Source: Candidatus Buchananbacteria bacterium CG10_big_fil_rev_8_21_14_0_10_33_19 (GTDB lineage Bacteria; Patescibacteriota; Patescibacteriia; 2-01-FULL-39-33). From it: a DNA stretch of 64,000 nt. Each line of letters starts with the position of its first letter. Within the stretch, counting starts at the first letter, position 1. The notes under the pieces were generated by a model that saw nothing but the letters and a program-made list of their open reading frames with translations, was not told the DNA's origin and did no database searches. Below are positions 40,073 through 49,824 of the stretch, piece by piece. A program made the position numbers and the translations under genes. The stretch is taken from contig PEZY01000012.1 of NCBI GenBank assembly GCA_002773855.1, forward strand, positions 233,565-297,564, in the 5' to 3' direction.

Positions 40073-40432
40073 ATGTCAGACAAAGTTGAAGATTTAGATG
40101 TAGAATTGATAGAATCTGATCGTGCAGTTTTTGATGTTATGGGTCATTTTACAGAGCAAGTTTTTGGTTTGATTAACGACTGTGATCAGGCAGAAAATTT
40201 GTCTGATGATCAAAAAAAACAAATTGCGGCACGAATACCAGAAATATTAGCCTATAAAAATAAACATCAGTTAGATGCCATTAATGCCACTATTAATATT
40301 GAGGCCTTGAAAAAATCTTGCCTTAAATTGATTGCTTCTGTACCAGATGATAATAAAGTAGAGGCTCTGGAATTTTGCAAAGAAATATTTGATTATGATC
40401 CACTTGAGGATAAGCTTAGATTGTGGTTGTAA
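40073..40432 (+). CDS. Hypothetical acidic helical protein (orphan cassette)
   Basis: Start moved to the SD-led ATG 40073 (MSDKVE..., 119 aa); terminator at 40447-40468. Confidence 0.75.
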   Translation: MSDKVEDLDVELIESDRAVFDVMGHFTEQVFGLINDCDQAENLSDDQKKQIAARIPEILAYKNKHQLDAINATINIEALKKSCLKLIASVPDDNKVEALEFCKEIFDYDPLEDKLRLWL

Positions 40433-40537
40433 TAAACATGGTATTTAACAGCTCAATGAGCTGTTTTTATTTTACTTGACAATTTGCATTTATTTTGTTA
40501 AATTGAAGAGGTATTAAAAATAAGTAAATATTGAATT

Positions 40538-41176
40538 ATGACTCTTAAATTGAAGGCTAATCTTAGAACATTGGTTGGCAAAAAAGCACAAATAACTAGA
40601 ACAGAAGGTAAAATTCCAGCTGTGGTTTATGGTAGTGGTGTAGAAAACAAAAATCTAGAATTAGATTATAATGCTTTTGATAAGGTATTTAAAGAAGGTG
40701 GTGAAAGTACTATTGTTGATTTAAATATTGGTGATGAAGCGGTAAAAGTGGTTATTTCTGATGTTCAGTATGACCCGGTTAAAGGTGTATACCGACATGT
40801 AGATTTTCATCAAATTAAAATGGACGAAGCAATTACGGCTAATGTGGAATTAACTTTTATTGGTGAACCAAGAACTGTTAAAGAATCTGGCGGTGTATTA
40901 GTTCATAATATTAGTGAAATTGAAATTAAATGTTTACCTAGTGATTTAGTTGGTGGTATTGAAGTGGATGTTTCTAAATTAGATACTTTTGAAGATGTTA
41001 TTACTGTAGCTGATTTGATACTTTCTGATAAGATAGAAATTATTGGTCATGAGCCAACTGACGTAGTAGCTATGGTGTCAAAACCAAGAGCAGAAGAACT
41101 TGAGGCGGTAATAGAACCAGAAACTCCAGTTGTCGAAGATTCTAAAGCTGAAAATAAAGAATCAGCAACAAAATAA
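40538..41176 (+). CDS. rplY: 50S ribosomal protein bL25/Ctc
   Basis: GKIPAVVYG, QYDPV...HVDFH and the Ctc C-terminal domain. Confidence 0.95.
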   Translation: MTLKLKANLRTLVGKKAQITRTEGKIPAVVYGSGVENKNLELDYNAFDKVFKEGGESTIVDLNIGDEAVKVVISDVQYDPVKGVYRHVDFHQIKMDEAITANVELTFIGEPRTVKESGGVLVHNISEIEIKCLPSDLVGGIEVDVSKLDTFEDVITVADLILSDKIEIIGHEPTDVVAMVSKPRAEELEAVIEPETPVVEDSKAENKESATK

Positions 41177-41179
41177 AAG

Positions 41180-42214
41180 ATGACAAAATTGGTTAAGATC
41201 CAATTAGCAATAGCCGTACCACTTGTTTTAGTGGGCGGCTTTTTTGCTTTTTTTACTTATCGTCAATTAACACAAAACATTGGCGGTGATGTGGCGACAG
41301 TAAATGAAGATGGTAAAGAAGTATTTTACAGTAGATTAGATGGCACCATTATAGATCAAAATGAAGAATCTATCTCAGCAGTGGGAGTGATGATTGAAAA
41401 TCATGTTGAAGCTAGACCTCAATCGGGTTTGTCTCAAGCTAAAATCGTTTATGAGGTATTAGTTGAATCTGATATTACTAGATTTTTAGCTATCTATGAT
41501 TTATCAGAAAATTTAGAAAAAATTGGGCCAATTAGATCGGCCAGGCCATATTTTATTGATATTGCTAGTGAATATCAAGCTACTTATGTTCATTCTGGTG
41601 GTAGTCCAGAAGCCTTAAAGCGTTTGAAAACTGACAATTTGGTAATTAATTTAGATGAATTCTTTGGTTACAATACTGGATATTTTTGGCGTGATAATAA
41701 AAGATATGCTCCGCATAATCTCTATACTTCATCAGACTTATTGTTTCAGGCTATGGAGCATTATAATGTTTTTGATTATTCAGATTTTAGGCCTTGGCAG
41801 TTTAAGGATGGGACTGGTGCTTCTGATAATAATTCAGAGATAAAAATAAATTATTCAGAGGCTAGTTCATATCAAGTCATTTGGAAATATTCTGTGGAGT
41901 CTAATCAGTATGAACGTTGGCAGAATAATGTTAGACACATTGATGCTGATGGTAGTATTATTGAGACTGATAATGTGATTGTGCAGTTTGCTAACATTAA
42001 AATATTAGATGAAGTAGGCAGAAAAGATATTAGATTAACTGGCACTAATAAGGCGATTATCTTTCATGATGGGCAATCTATTATCGGATATTATAAAAAG
42101 ATAAATGCCGGATCTCGAACAATATTCTATGATGATAATGACAATGAAATTGAATTAAATCGAGGTAAGATTTGGATTGAAGTAGTGCCGAGCGATTTAG
42201 AGATAGAGTATTAA
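41180..42214 (+). CDS. DUF3048 (YerB-like) protein
   Basis: VMIENHVEARPQSGL, ITRFLA, GPIRSARPYF and APHNLY motifs. Confidence 0.88.
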   Translation: MTKLVKIQLAIAVPLVLVGGFFAFFTYRQLTQNIGGDVATVNEDGKEVFYSRLDGTIIDQNEESISAVGVMIENHVEARPQSGLSQAKIVYEVLVESDITRFLAIYDLSENLEKIGPIRSARPYFIDIASEYQATYVHSGGSPEALKRLKTDNLVINLDEFFGYNTGYFWRDNKRYAPHNLYTSSDLLFQAMEHYNVFDYSDFRPWQFKDGTGASDNNSEIKINYSEASSYQVIWKYSVESNQYERWQNNVRHIDADGSIIETDNVIVQFANIKILDEVGRKDIRLTGTNKAIIFHDGQSIIGYYKKINAGSRTIFYDDNDNEIELNRGKIWIEVVPSDLEIEY

Positions 42215-42317
42215 TTTAATGACATTTATAAAATGAACATAACATGGTATGTTCATTTTTTTTCTTATTACTTTTTGATAATAAAGTCTTTTTGTCCAAC
42301 TTCTTTGGTTTATTGTT

Positions 42318-42419
42318 ATGGTACTTTGGACCGCCAAAGTACCGCAAAGGTCGCAGGTTTATGAAGATATTATTTATTAAAAAATGCAAACATTAAAAAA
42401 TATTGTGCCAATTTTATAT
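42318..42419. repeat. Collapsed copy of the GTAC-hairpin element family (copy C)
   Basis: 42318-42355 matches the reverse complement of 5843-5880 at 36/38 nt; 42378-42419 is identical (42 nt) to 5710-5751 in direct orientation. Confidence 0.8.
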
Positions 42420-42443
42420 CAAAGAAAATGTCTAGAGATATCT

Positions 42444-43286
42444 CTAGACATTTTTTATTACCAGTAATCTATCTTTCCCACATAAATCTTTTTTGATAGT
42501 TATTTTAGCTTGAGGAAAGTATGATTTAGTTAAGGCTAAGGTTTTTTTGACATAGGTCGAGCCAATCTCACAAAACAGCCATTGAGGTTTATAATTTAAA
42601 TTGTTTATTTGAATAAATAATTTTTCATAAACGTCTAAGCCGTATTTACCACCGTATAAGGCTTGAGCCGGTTCATATTTAAGTGGGGCGGTGTAAATAT
42701 TTTTTAATTTTTTTTCACCAGTTGGCACGTAAGGTAGGTTGGTTATGATAATGTCTATTTTATCTGTTATGTTTTTAATTAAATCATTTTTAATAAATTT
42801 AATATTTACCTTATTAAGTCTGGCGTTTGTCTGAGACAGTTTAATAGCTGATAGGGAAATATCAGTAGCCATGACATTAAGTTGAGGTAGGTTTTTTTTG
42901 AGAGTAATAGCAATGGCGCCAGAACCAGTACCAATATCAGCAACAGTAATATTTTTATTACCAATTGTTTTGATAAATTCATCAATTAATAATTCAGTTT
43001 CTGGGCGGGGGATTAAGACATTTTTGTTGACTATAAAATCCAAACCGTAAAATTCTTTTTGGCCAACTAGATAGGCTAGGGGCTCGAATTTTTGTCTCCT
43101 AGTGATTGATGATTGGTATTTTTTTGCTTGGCCTTTGGTTATTTTTTTGTCGGGATTGGTAATAATGTATTCTTTGGATTTATTTAAAACATACATCATT
43201 AAAACTTCAGCATCTAGTACGGCTGAAGGTATTTTAGCTTGCTTTAATTTATTAGCACCCTTTCTGGTGATTTCAATAAGTGTCAT
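42444..43286 (-). CDS. prmC: Release factor glutamine methyltransferase
   Basis: VLIPRPETE, DIGTGSGAI and NLPY motifs. Confidence 0.95.
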   Translation of the reverse strand: MTLIEITRKGANKLKQAKIPSAVLDAEVLMMYVLNKSKEYIITNPDKKITKGQAKKYQSSITRRQKFEPLAYLVGQKEFYGLDFIVNKNVLIPRPETELLIDEFIKTIGNKNITVADIGTGSGAIAITLKKNLPQLNVMATDISLSAIKLSQTNARLNKVNIKFIKNDLIKNITDKIDIIITNLPYVPTGEKKLKNIYTAPLKYEPAQALYGGKYGLDVYEKLFIQINNLNYKPQWLFCEIGSTYVKKTLALTKSYFPQAKITIKKDLCGKDRLLVIKNV

Positions 43287-43350
43287 GTCTAAGTTTAAGG
43301 TATAAATAGTCTATTTGTTAAATTTTTATTTTAAGGCTGGGGCTATTATC

Positions 43351-44028
43351 TTATAAATAAGTTTTATTTTTCATGTTTTTTCTAGCTCTTTTTACTTGTC
43401 TCATTAGTTTTAATCGATCAGAAAAACCTTGAGTAAAACCATATTTTTTCTCTTTGATTACTTGGTGGAGATTTTTTAAGATTGGATAGCTAACTTTTAA
43501 ATTATGTTTTTTGGCATAATAGTTCATGACAGTTTCAATACCAAAATCTAAGCTGTTTTTGTCTTTCGGTAAACTGTTGAAAAAATCTTTGGTCATAGCT
43601 CTTTCACCGCCGATAGCGTACATGGGATATATTTTTGGTATCAAAGCTCCCAGGCCAAAAACACGATCTCTTAAGCCTACTGACATAGTGTATTTACCAC
43701 TGATGATTGGCTTTAAGACTTGGGTTATGTGTTTGGTTGTAAGATTCTCTAGATCAGCATCAGCAAACATGATTATGTCTCCACTAGCAGCACTGACACC
43801 AGCAATCATAGCGCTGCCTTTACCTTGGGTTTTAGGTCGTTCGATAACTCTTACTTTAAAAGTTTTAGCGATACTAGCGGTATGGTCAATACAGGCATCA
43901 GCAATAACAATTATTTCGTTTACATCTTTGGCTTTTTTTGCTACTGATAAAACAGCTGAAATATTCTCAGCTTCGTTGTGGGCTGGTATTATGAGACTAA
44001 CTTTTTGGATTTTTGGGTGATTAGTCAT
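43351..44028 (-). CDS. Glycosyltransferase family 2
   Basis: IIPAHNEA, GKGSAM, DAD and FGIE motifs. Confidence 0.88.
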   Translation of the reverse strand: MTNHPKIQKVSLIIPAHNEAENISAVLSVAKKAKDVNEIIVIADACIDHTASIAKTFKVRVIERPKTQGKGSAMIAGVSAASGDIIMFADADLENLTTKHITQVLKPIISGKYTMSVGLRDRVFGLGALIPKIYPMYAIGGERAMTKDFFNSLPKDKNSLDFGIETVMNYYAKKHNLKVSYPILKNLHQVIKEKKYGFTQGFSDRLKLMRQVKRARKNMKNKTYL

Positions 44029-44084
44029 AATAAATAAATTATAACAATTTTAGGTTAACAAAAAAAGAAGTCTCACGACTTCTT

Positions 44085-45149
44085 TTATGATTTTAAAGCT
44101 TCGATATTAGACCTTTCTTTTAAGGCATTAATAATCAAGTTTAAATTGCCATCTAAGACATTGGGAATATTACCAAAATTTTCACCAATTCGGTGGTCGG
44201 TTATTCGATCTTGGGGAAAGTTATAGGTTCTAATTTTTTCACTTCTGTCACCAGTGCCAATTTGAGTTTTTCTAGTATCAGATGAAGTTTTTCTTTTTTC
44301 TTCTTCGATGTTGGCTAAAATTCTGGATCGTAAAACGGTCATAGCCTTCTTTTTATTTTGCAATTGAGATTTTTCATCTTGGCAGGAGACAACAGTATTG
44401 GTTGGAATATGGGTTATTCTAACTGCTGATTTAGTAGTGTTAACTGATTGTCCACCATTACCACCAGCACAAAAAGTATCAATGCGTAAATCATTGGGGT
44501 CAATTTTTAGGTCGACTTCTTCAGCCTCAGGTAGAACCACTACAGTTGTAGTGGAGGTATGGACTCGACCTTTCTTTTCAGTTTCTGGCACTCGTTGAAC
44601 TCGATGAACACCACTTTCATATTTCATGTCACCATACACATCTTTGCCAATTATTTCAAAAATTATTTCTTTAAAACCACCAATACCAATTTGATTGGAC
44701 GATAACAGACTGGTTTTCCAGTTTTGATGTTCAGCAAAACGACTATACATTCTAAATAATTCAGCTGCAAATAAGGCTGATTCATCGCCACCAGCTCCAG
44801 CTCTAATTTCGACAATGACATTTTTTTTGTCATTAGGATCACGCGGAGTTAAGAGGAATTTTATTTCTTTTTCTAAATTAGCTTTTTGATTTTCTAAATC
44901 TATGTTCTCTTCTTCGGATATAGCTTTCATTTCGGCGTCATCTGAATTTTCATCGATCATTTTTTGAGTTTCTAAGATATCAGATATCACTTTGTCTAAT
45001 TTTTTCTTGGCTTGCATTACTTCTTTTAAGTCTTCATACTCTTGAGATATTTCTTTTAATTTTTGAGTATCAGAAACAACAGAACTATCTTGCAATAGTC
45101 TTTCTAGTTCATCAAATCTGGATTGTATTTTAAATAATTTGTCTTGCAT
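44085..45149 (-). CDS. prfA: Peptide chain release factor 1
   Basis: PxT (VPET) motif, GGQ and [15 protein letters not shown]. Confidence 0.97.
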   Translation of the reverse strand: MQDKLFKIQSRFDELERLLQDSSVVSDTQKLKEISQEYEDLKEVMQAKKKLDKVISDILETQKMIDENSDDAEMKAISEEENIDLENQKANLEKEIKFLLTPRDPNDKKNVIVEIRAGAGGDESALFAAELFRMYSRFAEHQNWKTSLLSSNQIGIGGFKEIIFEIIGKDVYGDMKYESGVHRVQRVPETEKKGRVHTSTTTVVVLPEAEEVDLKIDPNDLRIDTFCAGGNGGQSVNTTKSAVRITHIPTNTVVSCQDEKSQLQNKKKAMTVLRSRILANIEEEKRKTSSDTRKTQIGTGDRSEKIRTYNFPQDRITDHRIGENFGNIPNVLDGNLNLIINALKERSNIEALKS

Positions 45150-45270
45150 TGTATTAACTTGTGATATTTGATTATACCAAAATAGACTGTTTAAATCAAA
45201 GTTTTTATAGTAAAAAAGTCGGGACCAGAGGCCACGACTTGATTGTAAAAGTTATTTTTAATGTTCTTAA

Positions 45271-45549
45271 TTAACAGTCTTTGTAAATTGCTTCGGCCAC
45301 TTCTTGTTTGTCGACAATTGCGGCTGGAAAGACTGGTATGTTATTGATGTTGTTAGTAATGACTTCAGTCTTAGAAGTGCCTTTTGGTTTTTTGAGATCA
45401 GTGGGTATTATAAAGGCAATAATAGTATTATCAGGCAATTTGTAGGCTATTTTGTCTTTTTTTTGGTCAATCAATTTCATGATTTCTAACATCTCAATCT
45501 GTCCATAGTACCAAACTCCGTTGTATTTGGCGCAAATCATCATAACCAC
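45271..45549 (-). CDS. Hypothetical protein (orphan cassette)
   Basis: ORF downstream of its own promoter; start uncertain (GTG 45549 or ATG 45543); minus-strand terminator AAGTCG...CGACTT-T-run at 45212-45240. Confidence 0.65.
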   Translation of the reverse strand: MVMMICAKYNGVWYYGQIEMLEIMKLIDQKKDKIAYKLPDNTIIAFIIPTDLKKPKGTSKTEVITNNINNIPVFPAAIVDKQEVAEAIYKDC

Positions 45550-45638
45550 TGTTATTTTTTTCCTTTCTAAGGAGCTACGATTTAGACACCTAATTGGTAT
45601 CACTGTCTGATTTTAATATAAAAAAAGAAGATTGTCAA
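45550..45638 (-). promoter_or_regulatory. Cassette leader: promoter + boxA-like motif + SD
   Basis: Minus strand: TTGACA-N17-TAAAAT; AGCTCCTTAGAA (45576-45565) overlapping AAAGGA. Confidence 0.58.
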
Positions 45639-45747
45639 GTGTTGGTTAATTGGCTGCATTGTTTTTATTAGTTATTTAATTTTTAATATTCACAAAAAAA
45701 CTTAGACAGCTGTCTAAGTTTTTATGAGATTTATTATTTTGATTGGT

Positions 45748-46038
45748 CTATATATCTATTTTAGTTTTTTTAGTAGCTTGTTTAGCTTTTTGTTTGGCTT
45801 TCTTTTCGGTCTTTTTGATAGTTATTCCGATTTCTTTGGCTACTTCAACTTTCTTTTTGAATTTGTCTACTCTTCTGGCTGAATCTAATAGCTTTTGTTT
45901 GCCAGTATAAAATGGATGACAAGTAGAACAAATTTCCACAGAAATGTTTTCGCTAGTTGAGCCAACAGTAAAAGTATTGCCACAAGCACAAGTGACTTTA
46001 GCTTCTTTAAAATATTTTGGATGAATGTTTATTTTCAT
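45748..46038 (-). CDS. rpmE: 50S ribosomal protein bL31 (Zn-binding type)
   Basis: IHPKY, CACG and [12 protein letters not shown] motifs. Confidence 0.97.
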   Translation of the reverse strand: MKINIHPKYFKEAKVTCACGNTFTVGSTSENISVEICSTCHPFYTGKQKLLDSARRVDKFKKKVEVAKEIGITIKKTEKKAKQKAKQATKKTKIDI

Positions 46039-46211
46039 ATTTTCACTAATTCTTTATATAGTTGTTTATTTACAATAACGCTTTGTACTTTAGCATATTA
46101 TTTAATTTTTGACAAGAGGGTAAATGTCCGTGGCTGTGTACATTTTATAAATCAATGATAAATCGTTAAAAATCACTAATTTTAGTTATTTTAAGATATT
46201 TATCGAAATAT

Positions 46212-46240
46212 TTGACATTTTTCCTATATTTTGTTAAATT
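46212..46240 (+). promoter_or_regulatory. sigma70 promoter of rpsB-tsf
   Basis: TTGACA-N17-(TGn)TAAATT. Confidence 0.65.
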
Positions 46241-46256
46241 ATTAAGCGTTATAACT

Positions 46257-46435
46257 GAGATCGTTACAGAACTATATTTTCTCTAAATTTATCTTTATTT
46301 GGCTGCAACTGTGTCAGACTGGCGTCCAAAGATTTTCGCCGTAGTATTAACTACGGCTCAAACCTTTTGACTGGTCTTCCTGGTTTCGCTCGAAAAATTT
46401 TAAATTTATAATTAAAATATTTTTGTAACCGTCTC
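46257..46435. mobile_element. MITE-like 179-bp element
   Basis: Imperfect terminal IRs GAGATCGTTACAGAA / reverse complement GAGACGGTTACAAAA; central palindrome GCCGTAGT-ATTA-ACTACGGC; no ORF; no clear target duplication. Confidence 0.55.
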
Positions 46436-46447
46436 TGCTAATTAATT

Positions 46448-46540
46448 TCTCATACTTTCCGGGGGACAGTTATAACAGCCCCATTAAAATTTCCTTGTTT
46501 TTAGAGCTCTCTAAAAATAAATTGGAAAGTAGAGGCAGAA
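46448..46540 (+). promoter_or_regulatory. rpsB (S2) leader-like RNA structure
   Basis: Closing stem TACTTTCC/GGAAAGTA followed by GAGGC; internal GGGG/CCCC and TTTTTAGAG/CTCTAAAAA hairpins; directly upstream of rpsB. Confidence 0.6.
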
Positions 46541-46553
46541 AGGAAACAAAATT

Positions 46554-47249
46554 ATGAAAATGCCAACGATTTTAGAATTGTTGCAAGCCGGAGTTCATTT
46601 TGGTCACCAAAAAGGACGCTGGCATCCAAAGATGAAAGAGTACATTTTTACCGAACGAGGTGGTGTGCACATCATTGATTTGGAAAAAACTCTAGTGGAA
46701 CTAGAAAAAGCTACTAAATTTGTGAGTAATGTAGCACAAAATGGTGGCGTGGTTTTATTTGTCGGAACTAAAAAACAAGGTCAGCAATTAATTAAAAAAT
46801 ATGCTGATGAAGCTGGTATGCCATATATTATCGAAAGATGGATTGGTGGTTTATTTACCAATTTTAGTAATGTTGGTAAATTGATTAAAAAATATTTAAA
46901 ATTAAAAGAAGAAGTAAAAACTGGTGCCTTAAATAAATACACCAAAAAAGAACAAGTTGATTTCAACAAAGAAATTGAAAGATTACACAAGTTTGTTGGT
47001 GGTTTAGGTGATATGCGAAAAATTCCTGAAGCCGTATTTATTTTAGATGCTAAAAAAGAAAAAACAGCTATTGTGGAAGCCAGAAAAAAAGGTGTACCAG
47101 TAATTGGTTTTTGTGATTCAAATATTAATCCAGAATTGTTTGACTATCCAATTCCTGCCAATGATGATGCTGTTAAATCAATTGATTTAATTCTTGGCTT
47201 GATGTCTAAGGCTATTTTAGAAGGTAAGGCTAAGCAGACCGCTATTTAA
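46554..47249 (+). CDS. rpsB: 30S ribosomal protein uS2
   Basis: AGVHFGH, WHPKM and PANDDA motifs. Confidence 0.98.
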   Translation: MKMPTILELLQAGVHFGHQKGRWHPKMKEYIFTERGGVHIIDLEKTLVELEKATKFVSNVAQNGGVVLFVGTKKQGQQLIKKYADEAGMPYIIERWIGGLFTNFSNVGKLIKKYLKLKEEVKTGALNKYTKKEQVDFNKEIERLHKFVGGLGDMRKIPEAVFILDAKKEKTAIVEARKKGVPVIGFCDSNINPELFDYPIPANDDAVKSIDLILGLMSKAILEGKAKQTAI

Positions 47250-47280
47250 ATTGTATTTTAAAATAAATAACTTTAAAACT

Positions 47281-48066
47281 ATGGGAATTGATCTTCAAAC
47301 AATTACCCAGCTTAGGAACCAAACTGGGGCTGGTATATCTGATTGTAAAAAAGCTTTAGATGAGTCAAATGGTGACATTGATAAGGCGATAGAGATTCTT
47401 AGAAAAAAAGGTGAAATCAAGGCGGCTAAAAAATCTGACCGAGAAACCAATGAAGGTTTGGTGGCTGTAGCCAGAGATGGTCAAAAAGCAGCAGTTGTGG
47501 TTTTGGCTTGTGAAACTGATTTTGTGTCTAGAAATGAAGATTTTATTGCTACTGCTAGTGATTATGCTAAAAAATTATTAATCACACCAGAGTTTGATTT
47601 TAAAGCTTGGGTGGAAGATAGTATTAAAGCCGAATTAGTGATCAAAATTGGTGAAAATATAAAATTAGCTGACTTCGGTGTAATTGAAGGTGCTGTTCTA
47701 GGGGTTTATATTCACTCTAATAAAAAGACCGGAGCCATTGTCGCTTTGACTGGTGGTAGTGAAGAATTGGCCAATGACATTGCTATGCATATTGTGGCTA
47801 TGTCACCTAAGCATTTAGCTCCAGAGAATGTACCAGCTGAAGAATTAGAAAAAGAAAAGGAAATTTATCGTGAACAAATGAAGAATGAGAATAAGCCTGA
47901 AGAAATTATCGAAAAGATAATTATGGGCAAGGTTAATAAATATTATGAAGACGTTTGTTTATTAAACCAATCATTTATTAAAGATGATTCTAAGAAAATT
48001 TCTGATTTATTAAAAGAAGCTGGTGAAGGAGTAACAATTGGCGCTTTCAAAAAATTCTCAGTTTAA
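47281..48066 (+). CDS. tsf: Elongation factor Ts
   Basis: LRNQTGAGISDCKKAL, CETDFV and IAMHIVA motifs; start moved to ATG 47281. Confidence 0.97.
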   Translation: MGIDLQTITQLRNQTGAGISDCKKALDESNGDIDKAIEILRKKGEIKAAKKSDRETNEGLVAVARDGQKAAVVVLACETDFVSRNEDFIATASDYAKKLLITPEFDFKAWVEDSIKAELVIKIGENIKLADFGVIEGAVLGVYIHSNKKTGAIVALTGGSEELANDIAMHIVAMSPKHLAPENVPAEELEKEKEIYREQMKNENKPEEIIEKIIMGKVNKYYEDVCLLNQSFIKDDSKKISDLLKEAGEGVTIGAFKKFSV

Positions 48067-48237
48067 TCTAGTCGCCCCTGTGTAAAAATAAGTCGAATAA
48101 AATTCGACTTATTTTTATTGATACTTTATTTAGAAGATATGTTTAAAAAATAAATAAAACCGTTATACACTCAACGGTTTTTTTAATTGATTATTTTTGT
48201 TATAATTTATTTATAAACATTAACTCCATGCAAAATT

Positions 48238-49245
48238 ATGAAAAGAATAGTTATTAACGGTTTTGGTCGTATTGGTCGAGCGGCTTTTAAGGTGGCTCTA
48301 ACTAAAAAAAATATTAAAGTGGTAGCTATTAATGATCTAACGCCACCAGATATTTTGGCTTATTTATTACAGTATGACACTGCTTATGGCGTTTATAATA
48401 AAAAAGTTCAAGCTACTAGTAGTGGTATAAAAATAGATGGTGTTATTTATCCGGTATTTTCTGACAAAGATCCTAATAATTTACCATGGAAAAAATTAAA
48501 AGTAGATGTAGTTTTAGAGTGTACTGGTTATTTTACTACTTCCGAGGCTGCCAAAGCTCATATCAATGCTGGTGCTAAGCGGGTGATAATTTCTGCCCCA
48601 GCTAAAGATGATACTACTCAAACGCTAGTTTATGGTACAGATTATTCTGAGCAGTGTATTAAGAAGGGTAAATGTGAACCAGTTGTGTCTATGGCTTCTT
48701 GCACTACCAATTGTATTGCTCCAGCGATTCAAGTATTGCAATCGGCTTTTGGTGTTGATAAGGCAATTATGACCACTATTCATGCTTATACCTCAACTCA
48801 AAATTTGGTAGACAGTCCTAGTCAAAAAATAAACCGTACTCGAGCGGCTGCTCAAAATATGATTCCGACTACTACTGGTGCGGCTATCGCTACTACTAAA
48901 GTTGTACCTAGTTTGCAAAATAAGTTTGATGGCATTTCAGTGAGAGTACCAGTGATTTGTGGTTCGTTATCTGATATTACAGTTGTTTTAAAAAAAACTG
49001 TCACCGTTGAAGAAGTTAATAACGCTTTTAAAAAAGCCGCTAAGAGCCCGATGTTTAAGGGGGTGTTGGATGTGAGCGATGATCATCGGGTTTCATCTGA
49101 TTATATTGGTAATCCACATTCTTCGATTATTGATTTGGACTTTACCAAGGTGGTTGGTGGAAATTTGGTCAAAGTTTTGTCGTGGTATGATAATGAATTT
49201 GGTTATTCTAATCGGCTAGTTGAAATGGCTATAAATTTAAAATAA
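48238..49245 (+). CDS. gap: Type I glyceraldehyde-3-phosphate dehydrogenase
   Basis: INGFGRIGR, ASCTTNC and WYDNEFGYS motifs. Confidence 0.98.
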   Translation: MKRIVINGFGRIGRAAFKVALTKKNIKVVAINDLTPPDILAYLLQYDTAYGVYNKKVQATSSGIKIDGVIYPVFSDKDPNNLPWKKLKVDVVLECTGYFTTSEAAKAHINAGAKRVIISAPAKDDTTQTLVYGTDYSEQCIKKGKCEPVVSMASCTTNCIAPAIQVLQSAFGVDKAIMTTIHAYTSTQNLVDSPSQKINRTRAAAQNMIPTTTGAAIATTKVVPSLQNKFDGISVRVPVICGSLSDITVVLKKTVTVEEVNNAFKKAAKSPMFKGVLDVSDDHRVSSDYIGNPHSSIIDLDFTKVVGGNLVKVLSWYDNEFGYSNRLVEMAINLK

Positions 49246-49251
49246 ATTGAT

Positions 49252-49285
49252 AAAAAAATAACCCACTAGTAATAGTGGGTTTTTT
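49252..49285. terminator. Bidirectional terminator between gap and the orphan gene
   Basis: A-run, AACCCACTA-GTAA-TAGTGGGTT, T-run. Confidence 0.78.
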
Positions 49286-49287
49286 GG

Positions 49288-49725
49288 TTAATTGATAGTT
49301 GGTTTTTCAATATATTCCATAGCTTCATAGTTTAATTCTTGCTCAAAGAAATCCGTTGGTAATTGGTTTAAAAGGCCATCATATAATTGGGACATAGTGG
49401 TAACTATAGTAGATAGCCCCCAGTGGATAGCCGAAAATGGATTATTAAAAATATTTTGGTCGTTAATCACAATACCGTCTAAAAAGGCAAAGAGATCTAC
49501 AGCAAAGTTGGATTCTTTAGGATCGCCACTAATCACAATATTAAAATTTAAATTTATACCAGTAACTTCATTAGCTTGGGCTATGATTTGGTCAATAAAT
49601 TCATTGAGGATTATTAGTTGAAATGGAAAAATTGTGGCTCGATTGTCAATGTGAATTTCGCCTTGAAACCATTTGTTGTTGATTAGTATTGATTGGCAGT
49701 CGGCTTCTTGAGCAATTTTTAACAT
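49288..49725 (-). CDS. Hypothetical acidic protein (orphan cassette), paralog of 49825-50292
   Basis: 145 aa; GGGAG SD 7 nt before ATG. Confidence 0.78.
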   Translation of the reverse strand: MLKIAQEADCQSILINNKWFQGEIHIDNRATIFPFQLIILNEFIDQIIAQANEVTGINLNFNIVISGDPKESNFAVDLFAFLDGIVINDQNIFNNPFSAIHWGLSTIVTTMSQLYDGLLNQLPTDFFEQELNYEAMEYIEKPTIN

Positions 49726-49789
49726 TTAAAGTCTCCCGAGAGTTGCAATGTACTATGTTTGGTATAAATGATTTTTAGCTACTTGTCAA
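49726..49789 (-). promoter_or_regulatory. Cassette leader: promoter + boxA-like motif + SD
   Basis: Minus strand: TTGACA-N17-TATACC; AGTACATTGCAA (49754-49743); GGGAG. Confidence 0.62.
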
Positions 49790-49791
49790 TT

Positions 49792-49823
49792 AAAAAAACC
49801 GCTTAACAATTAAGTTAGCGGTT
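49792..49823 (-). terminator. Terminator between the two paralogous cassettes
   Basis: AACCGCT(T)AAC...GTTAGCGGTT, with the A-run on the + 5' side. Confidence 0.7.
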
Positions 49824-49824
49824 A

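Noticed and set aside
43351-44028. GT2 gene between prfA and prmC as another cassette
   Set aside because: No SD and no boxA-like motif; it looks like an ordinary gene rearrangement.
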